IMG/VR virus record: IMGVR_UViG_3300050010_000483
Coordinates: 1-64,000 of that record
Origin: a virus
DNA length: 64,000 bases
Strand: one strand, 5' to 3'
Below, piece after piece: positions 35,435-46,246 of this stretch; positions within the stretch are counted from its first letter, which is position 1, and the number at the start of each line of letters is the position of its first letter. The notes under the pieces were generated by a model. That model saw only the letters and a list, made by a program, of their open reading frames with translations, was not told the DNA's origin and did no database searches. The position numbers and the translations under genes are program-made.

Positions 35435-38400
35435 ATGTCAGAATATGCCGCAGAAGTAGGAGTTTTATTTAAACCAGATATGTCGCTCGTTGATCGGGCG
35501 GTCATGGAATCTGCATCAAAATGGGGCAGAGCTACAAATGGTCTTGGTAAAAACTTTCCACTTGGAAAACTAACGGGGGACGCAAGCGAATTCCACAAGT
35601 CAATGGATGCCGCTAACGCTCGTGTTTTGGCTTTCGGCGCTTCAATGGGTTCCATCATGGTGGTCAAAAAAGCTTTTGACCTCTTGGTTGATTCTACCAT
35701 CAATGTTGAAAAACAACTCGCAGAAGTAAACTCTCTATTTAATTTGGGACCACAAGGTCTACAAAACTTTTCATCTTCATTATTTAAGATCGCCAATCAA
35801 ATGAGCGTCAGTTTCTCGGACGCCGCCAAAGCCGCAAGTATTTTTGCCCACCACGGTTTGTCAATGGAAGAAACCTTGAAACGTACTTCTGCCGCTCTTG
35901 AACTTTCAAAACTTTCTGGCATGAGCATGGAAGAGTCTGTTCTTTCGTTGACATCCACAATCAACAGCTTTACCAAAGAAGCTTTGGATGCCCAAGACGT
36001 TGTTGATCGTCTTACTGCTGTTGGGGGTAAATATGCCGCCAGTTCTGATGAAATTGCCGAGGCTTTGAAACGTGTCGGTGCATCTGCAAACGACGCGAAT
36101 GTAACTTTCAATCAGACCATTGGTTTGATTACCGCCGCTCAACAGATTACTGCTCGTGGTGGTAGTGTTATTGGCAACTCTTTCAAGAGTATCTTTACTC
36201 GTTTGCAACGTCCTGCTGTTTTGGACGATTTGGCCGCCGCTGGTGTTCAAATCCGCGATCTACAAGGTAAGATTTTGCCAATAGTTTCAATTTTGAAGAA
36301 TTTAGCTGTCTCTTACGACACGCTTTCTTCTTCTCAGAAATCTTTTGTTTCTGAAACCGTTGGTGGCGTCTATCAAGTGAACGTCCTCAAAGCTTCTTTA
36401 AGCGACATAAAGGGTGGAGCTAGTATTTTTGAAGGAGCGATGGATACAGCAGCCAACTCGGCTGGTGTTGCTCAAAAACGTATTGCTATTTTGAATGAAA
36501 CTTTAGCGAGTTCAATGGTTCGTACTCAAAACGAAATGACTCGTTTGGCTGCAAACACTGGTAATATTTCTCTTACCCCAGGTTTAAAAAGCGGTGTTGG
36601 TGGTTTGAAATCTGGTGTTTCATGGATGGCTGATATGATGGACTCCAATAAAGCATCAAGTGGCAGCACTGGTCAACAAATAGGGGCAAATTTATTTCAA
36701 GGCATTGCTCGTGGTATTGGTAACGTACTTGCGGGTCCAGGTATCCAGTTCATTACAACTGTTTTTGCAAAATTAATGACCCGTCTGGCTAAATTCATTA
36801 GTGATTCTTCCAAAGACCTGCTTGGTGTTAATTCCAAGGAACAAGAACGAGAAGCCATTAATGCGAACATCGCAAAGTGGCTTGGAAATCAAGAAGGCAT
36901 TTTGGAAAAAATTGCCAGCGGTGAAATGACAATTGTTGAGGCTACTCAGCTTCGACAAAAACATCTTGAAATCATCCTAAGAACCTATCAGGACATTGCT
37001 ACGATTTCTGGGGCAATAACTCCAGGCAATAACCCAACAATTAGTATGGGTGGGGAAGGACACGCCTCTGGATTTATTCCAGATGTTCGTGGTGAGGTAG
37101 CCGCCGCAAGCCAAGGTGGATATGCGGCTGGTAGAGTTGTCGGTACTACTATTCGTAATGGTAGTAGTTCGTTTAACTCAACAGTAAATACTGCTGAAAC
37201 AAAGTCTACTATTAATGTGGGTGGTACTGGTAGAATGGCTGATTTTATTAATCCGCCACTAAACAGTCAGGCGGGCCAACAACATCGTGCGAAAGCCATT
37301 AAGGTTTTGGGTGTAGACCCTTACTCTTTACCACAACGTTCAGTTAATGCTGAAGGTTTTATTCCTTCTAAACCATTTGCAATGTGGGAGATTAACAGCG
37401 GTAATCTTCTTGGAAAATATAAAACTAGGACTGGTGCTATGAAGGCAGCAGATCGTTATAAAAATTATGACGGTGATTCTTATACTTATGGCAATGTAGT
37501 AGGAACATTTTCTTCTGGAAGAATTGAAGATTATCAAGCATTCATTAAATATAGAAACTCAATTCCTAGTCCATTTGCTTTGGGTCCATTAAATTCTGCT
37601 AGTGGGTATGTTCCTAATTTATCTTTGGATGATATGCAGGCCAGACTCAAGGCCATCGGTATCAATGACTGGCGATCTCTGAAACGTCCTTTTGCAACGC
37701 AGTATAATAAAGCCGCCAACAAAGACTATCCAACTGTGCCAGATTTTGATCTGTCAATGTTACCAGAGAGTTATTTGGGTGCCGTTACAAAACATTTCAC
37801 AAACCATGATGACGTGGCAGCTTTATTACGTTTTGCTCAGACGCAAATCTTTAAAAAGAAACTTATCATTCAGACGAGTAGCGGACAAAAGCGTCTGCCT
37901 TCATCTATTGGTGCTGATGCACTAAAATCTACTTTCTGGAACAATGCTGAGATAGCTGATACTAATGACGGTCTTTGGGGGGCCTTGCGTGGAAGTCTGG
38001 CCAACTCTGATACTGCAAATGTATTACCATTTTTACGCAAAGGTACAGGAATTCACAAAGACAATCTTGCTAGTTTTATTAGTTCTATTCTTGGACAAGG
38101 TTTTGAATCTCCAAATACAGATGAAGGTGAAGATGTTAACATGGATGTTGCGACGGCCCAACGTCTCTTGAGTCGTTATTCAGGAACATTTCCAACAGTG
38201 GTTGGTTATGATTCTATTAATAATCTTTCCCCAGCGGGTGATTTGCCAGACTTTGTAGGTAAACTAAAAATTGGTAATACAAAATTTGATATAAACACTC
38301 CAATTTTTGGACACAAGACTTTCGTACAAAGGAACTTGGCGGAGGCTAAAAACATTGCATCTTTGATCGGTGGGGGTGATTTTGACAATGATACTTTAGC

Positions 38401-41400
38401 AACAGTCTTAGGTAAGATGTTTGACAAACGCAGCAAGAAGGAAGCGGAAAGTGCTGGAATATTCATGGGTTCTGCAAATGCAGCAATTGATATTCCCGCT
38501 CCACTAAAGTCTATTTTGTCTCAAACCAACATTACTGGTGATGTTTCTGGCATTGAGCTAAAGAGTAGTCTTGAAGAAGCCAAAAGACATGCAGCCAGCA
38601 AAATTTTCCGTAGTTTAATCGGTGGTACAGAAGACAGTAATTGGTCTGGACCTATTGAGGCTCCATATCGTCTAGCTGGTGTTCCAAAATTTGGTACTGG
38701 TAAAACTGGTATTTTGGATTATAATCAGTTTGGTTCGTCAAGCAAAAATGAAATGTTGTTGGCTGCTGTTCAAGCGGCTTCTCAAGGAAAAGCCATTAAA
38801 ATTATTCATGGGGCGGGTACGTATGCCACACAACATGCCGCAGACGTTTCCGAAGGTATTGCTCGTGGAAAAAATTACATAAAGTCGGCTGATGATCTTT
38901 CTCAATACGATCAAATCGTAATGAATAGCTTTATTAGAAAATCCAGTGGTTTGACCAAGGGATATTCTGGTCTTTTGTATTCATTAGCTTCAAATGTACA
39001 GGGTTTGGGTCTTCCAGAAAGTTTGAATGAAAAACAACTTGGTGAATATCAATCTTTAAGGACGTTGATGAGACAACGTTTGGGAGACAGATATTCTGGT
39101 GCGGCTGGGGGTTTTGTACCTGATGGTAATCTATCAGACATGTTGAAAAATATCTTCCATCCATTACATGAATTTCAGGCTTATAAAGAAGTTTCAAGAC
39201 AGGCTCTTGATTTTGTAAACAATAATGGTTCGATTACCACTAAATTACCATCTGGGTTTGATCGTGAATTTTTGGCATCAGCTTTAGCCAACAAGACTGT
39301 CGGAAAACCATACGAGGCTGATTTGGCGAGTCTGCAAAAAGTTGGAGTTTCTTCAAGTTATTTTGATGTTGTTCATGACATGTTCGGCCAAAAAGTCAAC
39401 TATAAAGAGTTAATGTCTCGTGTTAAATCTGGTGAATATGCCAGTGGTTATATTCCTGCTGTTCTTTCTGCTTTAAAAGCAGAAGACAAAGCAACAGGGG
39501 GAAACGCCATATTATCAGCGAGTTATAAATTGGCTAGTAGTTCAAACCCTCTGGGTTTTGCGGCTATTGACAGTCGTTCTCAACGTAATGCTGATGAAGC
39601 AATTAGACAACATCAATCTTTGGGTCAGAGTTTGGCTTCGATTAAATCTGTGCCTCATTTGGCTCTTGATGATGGTTCAACTGGTTTTGCTGGATCAAGT
39701 ATTTTCAACTCTATAGCCTTGGCCGTCGGGTCTTTTGCAAATAGTAATCGCACAGAATATCATTCTCTTGGTGATATTATCAAGAGCGTTTTTGGTGGTT
39801 TGCCATCAAATCTCAAGACCGTTGTAAATCCATCTTTTGAAGAAGTAGCCAAGAAAGTTTCGTTACTGGATTCGACAATCAAAACAGCACAATCTGAGGT
39901 TCTATCTCCAAAACAGAAGACTACTTTTCAAGGGCAAGAATATAACAATTATAACGCCCTGACGGAGGTTTATAATACTCAACGCAGAGGATTGACTACT
40001 CCTGATTACGAGGCTTATCAAAAAAATAAAGATGATTCTCGTTCAAGCCTCCAGGCCTTGGGTTGGAGACGCTCGATTTTGTCCAGTATGGCTGGTGGAG
40101 TTCTTACTCAAGGGGTTGATAGATTCTCTCCAAATGCTGGGGCTGCTGTTCAAGAATTTACTTCTGGTTTGACTCAATCGTATCAAGTTTTAGCTGCATT
40201 CCCTAATGAATTTGGTAAAGCTTTGCGCATGGGTGTGCTGGCTGGTTCGGCATTGAGTGCCATTGATTTGTTTGGTAAAGGTCTCGCCACACAACAGAGG
40301 GCTTTTAATGAATCTCAAACCAAGTATCAAAACTTGGCAGTTCAGATTGATGGACTTTCTAACGTTTTGAATAATTTTGACCAACTGTTGAATGATTCAT
40401 CTGTGAGTTTTGAGACTTTAACCCGCGAGAGTCGCAAATATACAGAATTGCTTGGTCAAATGTCTCAGACACCAGAAGGTTCTTTCGCTGCTGAAAAAGT
40501 CATGAGTGCGGGAAGTAATACTGCGGCTATCGCTGCTTTGCAAGAATACAAGGCTGGTAAATCCCGTGATCTTGATAGACAGGCGGCTTTATTGGGTCTA
40601 AAAGAATATGGAGACAAACGTACATTTGGCGTCGGAAACTATAAGATTGGTAATCCAATGGGATTTTCCAACGACATAGAAAAAACCGAATTAACTCAAA
40701 AAATTAGTGATGCGGCCAAAACTGGTATTGAAGCTCTCAGTGAAAAAGAAAAAGCTAATCTTGTTAGTTCAACTTCTCAGGGATTTGGTAACTTTTCTAC
40801 ACAACTTGGCAACGTGGGACCAGTCGCCTCTAAGTTCATGTCATCAATGAACCCAGGTACTCGGACTGCCGTTTCCCAAGAAATGTTCAATCAACTACTC
40901 ACAGAGAATGTTGTCCAACAGGCTCCAGTTCAAGAAAAACTCAAGGATTTGCGTGATCGCAATGCAATTCGTCAATTGAATTTGGATTCCGTTCGACGCC
41001 GTGCTGCATCAGAAAAACGTCTATTCATTGACCAAGGTTCCATGATTGCAGGAAATGAACTCGACTTGCGTGGAATTCAGTCTCGTGGCACCTACAATAC
41101 TGCTGAGATTACTTATGGCGTTGGTCAGGCTATGAATCAGTACTATTCTTTAAATACAGGAGAACGAACGATGGCTCAACGTCAGGCCATCATGGATACA
41201 ACCCGCCTGCAAGCAGAGGGTCAATTCAAATCACAAAGTATCAAGGCACAAGCCACAAGAACTGTCGCTTCTGGTTTGACTCAAAACTTTGAAGAATATT
41301 TGGGTCATACTGATTTAACTAAACTTTTACAAGCTCCAGGTCAAGCTCCTATTGGTGATATTGAACAATTCAAAGCAAACTTAATTGATGCCACCAACAA

Positions 41401-44400
41401 AGGTATTGCATCCACGGTTAAGAGTGGAAATTTCGATCAATTCAACAATAATGGTGTTTTTGATATTGAAGCGATGAAGAAAGCTATTGCTGCAAATGGA
41501 GTCAACGGTAGTACACCAGAGGGACAAAAAATGCAGAAAGCTATTTCTGACTTTCTAAGTAATAAAGACACTGAGGAAATTCTCAAGGCGATGCAAACGG
41601 CATCACTTGACCTGGTAAATTTGGGACAAGATCAAAAACTCGAACTGGAAAAGATTCAGTCCAATACATTTGCGACAACAAAAGTTTTCGATTTCAAACA
41701 ACTTAGTTCTTTTCTTGGTGGTACAAAAAACTTGACAGATCGAAGCTTCCGCCGTGAAGAAGAAAGAAAAGTTGAGCGTGGTGCTTTCTTGTTAAATCAT
41801 GGAAGAACCGCAGAAGCTCGCGGACAAGGTGGTCATGACGTTCTTGAATTCTTTAAAGACAACAATGTTCCGATAGACTTAAAGGGCAACTCTTCCACGT
41901 CTAAGTTGATGCAACAAGCATGGAATGCCGCCCAAACAGGTCTTTCAACGACGTTATCACAATCAATCGGAAGAATCACTGATAGTGATAATCGCCTGAA
42001 TGGCGGACAATCGAACTTTGGTTCAATTTTTGGAAGTTATGATGTAAATGCCGCTGCCAATGCAGGTTTGTCTGCTGAGTTCAAACCTGAAAATCCCGCC
42101 ATTACTAGTGGAACTGCCGCCACAGTACCAAACGCCATGAAAACGTTTGATGATAATTTAGACAGTTCGATTCAATCAATTAAGAATTTTGGAGAGTCTT
42201 TAAATCAGACTGCCGCCAATTTCCTACAGGCTCAACAAGATATTAAAAAGGCCGCAGAAGAAATAGATACCGTTACTAAAACAGACACAAATAATTTCCA
42301 AACATTCATAAATAATTGGACAGCTAATAATCAGTCTCAATCATTACAAACAAATCTTTCTCAAGAAAAGAAAGGGATTAACTGGGGTGGACTTGGAAGT
42401 GCTGCTATTACCACAGTAGCTACTGCCATTCTTTGGACTCTTTCGAGTCGTATTTCGAGTGGTTTCTTGGGTGGAATCTCAGCAAAAATGGGAATTGGTG
42501 GCTCGAAGAAAGTCGAAGAAGATATTGCTAAAATAGCTACGACTGTTGAAAGCAAAGGTTCATCAGTTATTCGTGAAAGTTCTGATTTAATTAAAAATGG
42601 AATTCCAAGTTCTTGGAAAAAAGAACAAGAAAATCCATTGATACAAAAACCCGTCGCTTCTATGGCTCCTGTAGCTAATCAAAAAATAGGTCCATTAAAT
42701 GCAAACAAAACAACCACTGGGGCATCAGATGCTTCAAAGGTAAATGAAATTTTGTCTGCTAATCATTCTGAAACTATTGGACTTGTTGGTAAACAAGAAA
42801 TACTTCACAATGATTTGGTATCTTCTTATTCCAAAATCGAAAAGTTCCGTGAAGAAACTTTAAAAAAAGCCTCTCAACAAATAAAATTGGGACGATATAC
42901 AGGTATTGCATCTATTGATTCTAAGATTCAAGCACATGAATTTGGTAATATTAACAAACAAGAAATTTATCAACTACTTGACAAGACAATAAAAACTTCT
43001 GAACTTCCAGGAGGAAAAAAACTATTAAAAACTCATTCGGACATACAAAAACAATTTAACGAAAATCAAGGAAGACAAAGAATTTTACGAGAGAGAAATG
43101 CCACTATTCAACAACAAGCAGCTAAAACATCTTTGAAAAATACCATTAAAGATACATTTAATCCTGGAGTTTCTTCGGGTGTAGATCATGGTCCTTTCCA
43201 CCCAAACGATTTCATGGGAACTTCTGATATTAACACGAAATATACAGAAGAACAACTGGCTGAGTTTGCACCATCAGCAAAACCTAGATATTTATCTCGT
43301 ATTGGAACATCTGTAAGTAATTTTGTTGGTTTTAAACCATATCCTGGAAAATGGTGGAAAACTTCTTGGAAACCTTCTGGAAAATCAACTCTTTTTGGCA
43401 ATCCTTTTAGTGTCGCTGGTTTTAATGCAGCCTCTAAATTGGGTAAAAGTGTAAAAATTGGTGGAGCAGGATTGGGAATTTTGGGCGCGGCTTTATCAGC
43501 TAAAGAAGCTTATAATGATTTTAGTACAGCACATGACACAGCAGATTACACTCGCGCTGGCGGTCACTTGGCTTTAAATGCCCTTTCATTTGCTGGTCCA
43601 GTAGGATTAGCGGCCTCGTTAGGAGTAAGAGCGTTAGATAATACTATGCATGAACGTTGGGATTCTCAGCAAGATGTTGCAGATGCAGAAAATAGAGGAA
43701 AACAAATTGATATGAGAATACGTTTGTTACCTCGTGAATTAGCTCAACGCAAGCGCAAAAAAGCTTTAGCTGTACAAGCTGGCATTCAAGAACAAAATGA
43801 ACAACAAGATGCGATTACTGCTCAAGCTGAAATGAACCCTGCTTATGCTCAGGGTGCGGCCAATCTTGGTTTGGGTCATCTCCAAAATGATCTTGGCCAC
43901 GCAAGGGGACGCAATGGTATTGACTTCACAAAACTCTCTCCTGAGAGTATGAAAAACCTTGACATGATCTGGCACTCAGAGCATCCTGATAAAATGATTA
44001 ACGGTAAGTATGTTCGTTCTATGCCAACAGCCGCTACAGGAGGATATTCAGATTTGGCTAACAGTTTGTTTGATGGTACAGACAACAACAAACATCGTCA
44101 AGCTTTAACGACAGCTTATGGTCGTTCCCTTCCAACATTATTAGATGGTGGTTATGGAACATCTAATTATGATCGTACTAAAAATAGAGTTACTCAAGAC
44201 AATGTTCAATCATCTGTGGAAAATAAAGCCCTGCAAAATATAATGATGGAACAAAGACAATTAAAAGAAGATTCGGCGCAAAATAAAGTAAACAATTCTA
44301 ATAATACTCCAGATAATACCCAAGAGCGTTTGATTTCCGTTTTGGATAAACTTGCTAATGCTGCTAATGGTTCCAACAGTACACCAGCTAAAGTTGATTC

Positions 44401-44557
44401 TAATATTACAGTACAAATTTCTTTGGCTGATGCCGATAAGATTCCTGATACATTGATGAAGCAATTAATTGCTCCTTTACAGAAACAATTGTCTGATTTG
44501 CAAAATCAAACTAACATACTAAGCAACAGATTCGCTCCTAAACCAGCGAAGGTATAA
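35435..44557 (+). CDS. Tail tape measure protein (3040 aa) with inserted cassettes
   Basis: The N-terminal core (VEKQLAEVNS, DAAKAA..FA..G, LTAVGGKYAASSDEIAEAL.RVGASA, GSVIGNSFKSIFTRL) is typical of TP901-type tape measures; A/S/G-rich helical body. Confidence 0.92.
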   Translation: MSEYAAEVGVLFKPDMSLVDRAVMESASKWGRATNGLGKNFPLGKLTGDASEFHKSMDAANARVLAFGASMGSIMVVKKAFDLLVDSTINVEKQLAEVNSLFNLGPQGLQNFSSSLFKIANQMSVSFSDAAKAASIFAHHGLSMEETLKRTSAALELSKLSGMSMEESVLSLTSTINSFTKEALDAQDVVDRLTAVGGKYAASSDEIAEALKRVGASANDANVTFNQTIGLITAAQQITARGGSVIGNSFKSIFTRLQRPAVLDDLAAAGVQIRDLQGKILPIVSILKNLAVSYDTLSSSQKSFVSETVGGVYQVNVLKASLSDIKGGASIFEGAMDTAANSAGVAQKRIAILNETLASSMVRTQNEMTRLAANTGNISLTPGLKSGVGGLKSGVSWMADMMDSNKASSGSTGQQIGANLFQGIARGIGNVLAGPGIQFITTVFAKLMTRLAKFISDSSKDLLGVNSKEQEREAINANIAKWLGNQEGILEKIASGEMTIVEATQLRQKHLEIILRTYQDIATISGAITPGNNPTISMGGEGHASGFIPDVRGEVAAASQGGYAAGRVVGTTIRNGSSSFNSTVNTAETKSTINVGGTGRMADFINPPLNSQAGQQHRAKAIKVLGVDPYSLPQRSVNAEGFIPSKPFAMWEINSGNLLGKYKTRTGAMKAADRYKNYDGDSYTYGNVVGTFSSGRIEDYQAFIKYRNSIPSPFALGPLNSASGYVPNLSLDDMQARLKAIGINDWRSLKRPFATQYNKAANKDYPTVPDFDLSMLPESYLGAVTKHFTNHDDVAALLRFAQTQIFKKKLIIQTSSGQKRLPSSIGADALKSTFWNNAEIADTNDGLWGALRGSLANSDTANVLPFLRKGTGIHKDNLASFISSILGQGFESPNTDEGEDVNMDVATAQRLLSRYSGTFPTVVGYDSINNLSPAGDLPDFVGKLKIGNTKFDINTPIFGHKTFVQRNLAEAKNIASLIGGGDFDNDTLATVLGKMFDKRSKKEAESAGIFMGSANAAIDIPAPLKSILSQTNITGDVSGIELKSSLEEAKRHAASKIFRSLIGGTEDSNWSGPIEAPYRLAGVPKFGTGKTGILDYNQFGSSSKNEMLLAAVQAASQGKAIKIIHGAGTYATQHAADVSEGIARGKNYIKSADDLSQYDQIVMNSFIRKSSGLTKGYSGLLYSLASNVQGLGLPESLNEKQLGEYQSLRTLMRQRLGDRYSGAAGGFVPDGNLSDMLKNIFHPLHEFQAYKEVSRQALDFVNNNGSITTKLPSGFDREFLASALANKTVGKPYEADLASLQKVGVSSSYFDVVHDMFGQKVNYKELMSRVKSGEYASGYIPAVLSALKAEDKATGGNAILSASYKLASSSNPLGFAAIDSRSQRNADEAIRQHQSLGQSLASIKSVPHLALDDGSTGFAGSSIFNSIALAVGSFANSNRTEYHSLGDIIKSVFGGLPSNLKTVVNPSFEEVAKKVSLLDSTIKTAQSEVLSPKQKTTFQGQEYNNYNALTEVYNTQRRGLTTPDYEAYQKNKDDSRSSLQALGWRRSILSSMAGGVLTQGVDRFSPNAGAAVQEFTSGLTQSYQVLAAFPNEFGKALRMGVLAGSALSAIDLFGKGLATQQRAFNESQTKYQNLAVQIDGLSNVLNNFDQLLNDSSVSFETLTRESRKYTELLGQMSQTPEGSFAAEKVMSAGSNTAAIAALQEYKAGKSRDLDRQAALLGLKEYGDKRTFGVGNYKIGNPMGFSNDIEKTELTQKISDAAKTGIEALSEKEKANLVSSTSQGFGNFSTQLGNVGPVASKFMSSMNPGTRTAVSQEMFNQLLTENVVQQAPVQEKLKDLRDRNAIRQLNLDSVRRRAASEKRLFIDQGSMIAGNELDLRGIQSRGTYNTAEITYGVGQAMNQYYSLNTGERTMAQRQAIMDTTRLQAEGQFKSQSIKAQATRTVASGLTQNFEEYLGHTDLTKLLQAPGQAPIGDIEQFKANLIDATNKGIASTVKSGNFDQFNNNGVFDIEAMKKAIAANGVNGSTPEGQKMQKAISDFLSNKDTEEILKAMQTASLDLVNLGQDQKLELEKIQSNTFATTKVFDFKQLSSFLGGTKNLTDRSFRREEERKVERGAFLLNHGRTAEARGQGGHDVLEFFKDNNVPIDLKGNSSTSKLMQQAWNAAQTGLSTTLSQSIGRITDSDNRLNGGQSNFGSIFGSYDVNAAANAGLSAEFKPENPAITSGTAATVPNAMKTFDDNLDSSIQSIKNFGESLNQTAANFLQAQQDIKKAAEEIDTVTKTDTNNFQTFINNWTANNQSQSLQTNLSQEKKGINWGGLGSAAITTVATAILWTLSSRISSGFLGGISAKMGIGGSKKVEEDIAKIATTVESKGSSVIRESSDLIKNGIPSSWKKEQENPLIQKPVASMAPVANQKIGPLNANKTTTGASDASKVNEILSANHSETIGLVGKQEILHNDLVSSYSKIEKFREETLKKASQQIKLGRYTGIASIDSKIQAHEFGNINKQEIYQLLDKTIKTSELPGGKKLLKTHSDIQKQFNENQGRQRILRERNATIQQQAAKTSLKNTIKDTFNPGVSSGVDHGPFHPNDFMGTSDINTKYTEEQLAEFAPSAKPRYLSRIGTSVSNFVGFKPYPGKWWKTSWKPSGKSTLFGNPFSVAGFNAASKLGKSVKIGGAGLGILGAALSAKEAYNDFSTAHDTADYTRAGGHLALNALSFAGPVGLAASLGVRALDNTMHERWDSQQDVADAENRGKQIDMRIRLLPRELAQRKRKKALAVQAGIQEQNEQQDAITAQAEMNPAYAQGAANLGLGHLQNDLGHARGRNGIDFTKLSPESMKNLDMIWHSEHPDKMINGKYVRSMPTAATGGYSDLANSLFDGTDNNKHRQALTTAYGRSLPTLLDGGYGTSNYDRTKNRVTQDNVQSSVENKALQNIMMEQRQLKEDSAQNKVNNSNNTPDNTQERLISVLDKLANAANGSNSTPAKVDSNITVQISLADADKIPDTLMKQLIAPLQKQLSDLQNQTNILSNRFAPKPAKV

Positions 44558-44559
44558 TT

Positions 44560-46245
44560 ATGGCCGCTTTTGTTCAACAAGGATTAAACACTGGATTAAT
44601 TGGTTACACACTTCGGAATGAGTTCCTTGGTGAGACGATCTATTACCGTCAAAACCAAATTTTTGATTATGAAATCTACTCTGTTGATAATGTAACCCTA
44701 AGTCCAAATACAATTCAACAGAATTTACTTTCGGCTTTTTCCATTTACTCTGGAAATATTCAGGTTAAGGTTTTTGAGGCCCCCGTCACATATCAGTTCC
44801 CAAATGATGGTATTCGGGCCGCAAAATTCCATGCACGAGTTGAAGTAAAAACTTACGACCCATCAATTACGACTGTTCAGACGGAATTGAACAATACGTA
44901 CTATACGGGGCTGGGCAATTCATTTTGGAGTGGTTTTGGTCCTCAACTAATTGATTTTAAAGAAGAATTCGCTTTTGCAAAACAAGAAGACGGCACGAAC
45001 TCTTACAATCATAGCCTGTCTTTTTCTTTGTTGACAGGAACAAAAGCCGAGGCTGTTTCTCTTGCCTCTGGATTATTTGTCAATGACCCATATACCACAT
45101 TTGGTATTATCGCCAATTCTGGTGGAGCATATATTGCCAATAGCAATAATTACATTGACTATTATCAAGAAAGTTACGATCTAATTCGTCAGAGTTATCG
45201 TTTTAACAAACGTCGTGATGTTTTTCCAACAACTGGTTATAGTGGTTTCTACAACTTCAATCATACCATGGAAATGAAAGAAAACGGTATTGTTGAAGTC
45301 TCTGAACATGGTGCTGTACAAGCCGCATTATCATTCAATCAAGTCTATGCCACAACTGAAGCATTAGTGGGTGGTTCATATTCTCGTTTGAATCCTTTTT
45401 ATCTTACTTATAGTCCTTTGGCTTCTCCGACAAATACGGCTGGATATGGACTTGTAGTAGAGCCAATGAAAATTGTCAAAAATTACAATCAACAAAAATT
45501 CACATCAGAATATGATGTTACCTATACAAATGACCCCGAATATGCCGTCAACGGTGCCAGAAGCGTATCTACGATTGAATTTGATGTAGACCCCATGGGG
45601 ACTACAACAATCAAACATAATTTCGATTTCATGGGTAACAGACGTTTGAGCAATTTGGACTTTTTTTCATTGATTAGTAGTGCCACGGGCTCATCCCCAG
45701 GATTGGTGAGTAATTATTATGCTTCTCAAGGATACGACTATAATTCCAGTCTTCCGATCAACCTGATACGTTCCAATGCCACATGGCCAAACCGTGATAA
45801 TAAAGCCTCAGTCTCAATGGAATATTCATCACATCCAAAGTTTTTTAGAACAGTGAATGGCATTACATTCAATTATCTTGATAGTACAATCGAAAATATG
45901 GTGCCTTCTGACATCATGCAAGAATACAAGATTATCAATCGCCCATCAAAGACAAGTGTATTAAACTATGCTTATCAAACAGACAAAGGACAGATCGTTA
46001 TGAAACTCGAAGGTGGTATTGGTCGAAATCCCAATGAGTTTACGACAGGATTCAGAAATGGATTTGGTGGTTATTTAACGGCCCTATACAAGTATGGTAT
46101 TGGTCTTTTTGCGCAGCAATTTATGACAAATATTCCAACAGCTTTCACATACTATCTTTCTGACATAAAATACTCTTTAAATCAGGATGGAATTCTTACG
46201 ATGACACTGACGTTTACGTATACCATGAAGAAATACGAGTTGTAA
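44560..46245 (+). CDS. Tail tip/distal tail protein
   Basis: Beta-rich; immediately after the tape measure; shares an E(F/Y).F...EDG....H..S/G pattern with the next gene. Confidence 0.6.
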   Translation: MAAFVQQGLNTGLIGYTLRNEFLGETIYYRQNQIFDYEIYSVDNVTLSPNTIQQNLLSAFSIYSGNIQVKVFEAPVTYQFPNDGIRAAKFHARVEVKTYDPSITTVQTELNNTYYTGLGNSFWSGFGPQLIDFKEEFAFAKQEDGTNSYNHSLSFSLLTGTKAEAVSLASGLFVNDPYTTFGIIANSGGAYIANSNNYIDYYQESYDLIRQSYRFNKRRDVFPTTGYSGFYNFNHTMEMKENGIVEVSEHGAVQAALSFNQVYATTEALVGGSYSRLNPFYLTYSPLASPTNTAGYGLVVEPMKIVKNYNQQKFTSEYDVTYTNDPEYAVNGARSVSTIEFDVDPMGTTTIKHNFDFMGNRRLSNLDFFSLISSATGSSPGLVSNYYASQGYDYNSSLPINLIRSNATWPNRDNKASVSMEYSSHPKFFRTVNGITFNYLDSTIENMVPSDIMQEYKIINRPSKTSVLNYAYQTDKGQIVMKLEGGIGRNPNEFTTGFRNGFGGYLTALYKYGIGLFAQQFMTNIPTAFTYYLSDIKYSLNQDGILTMTLTFTYTMKKYEL

Positions 46246-46246
46246 T

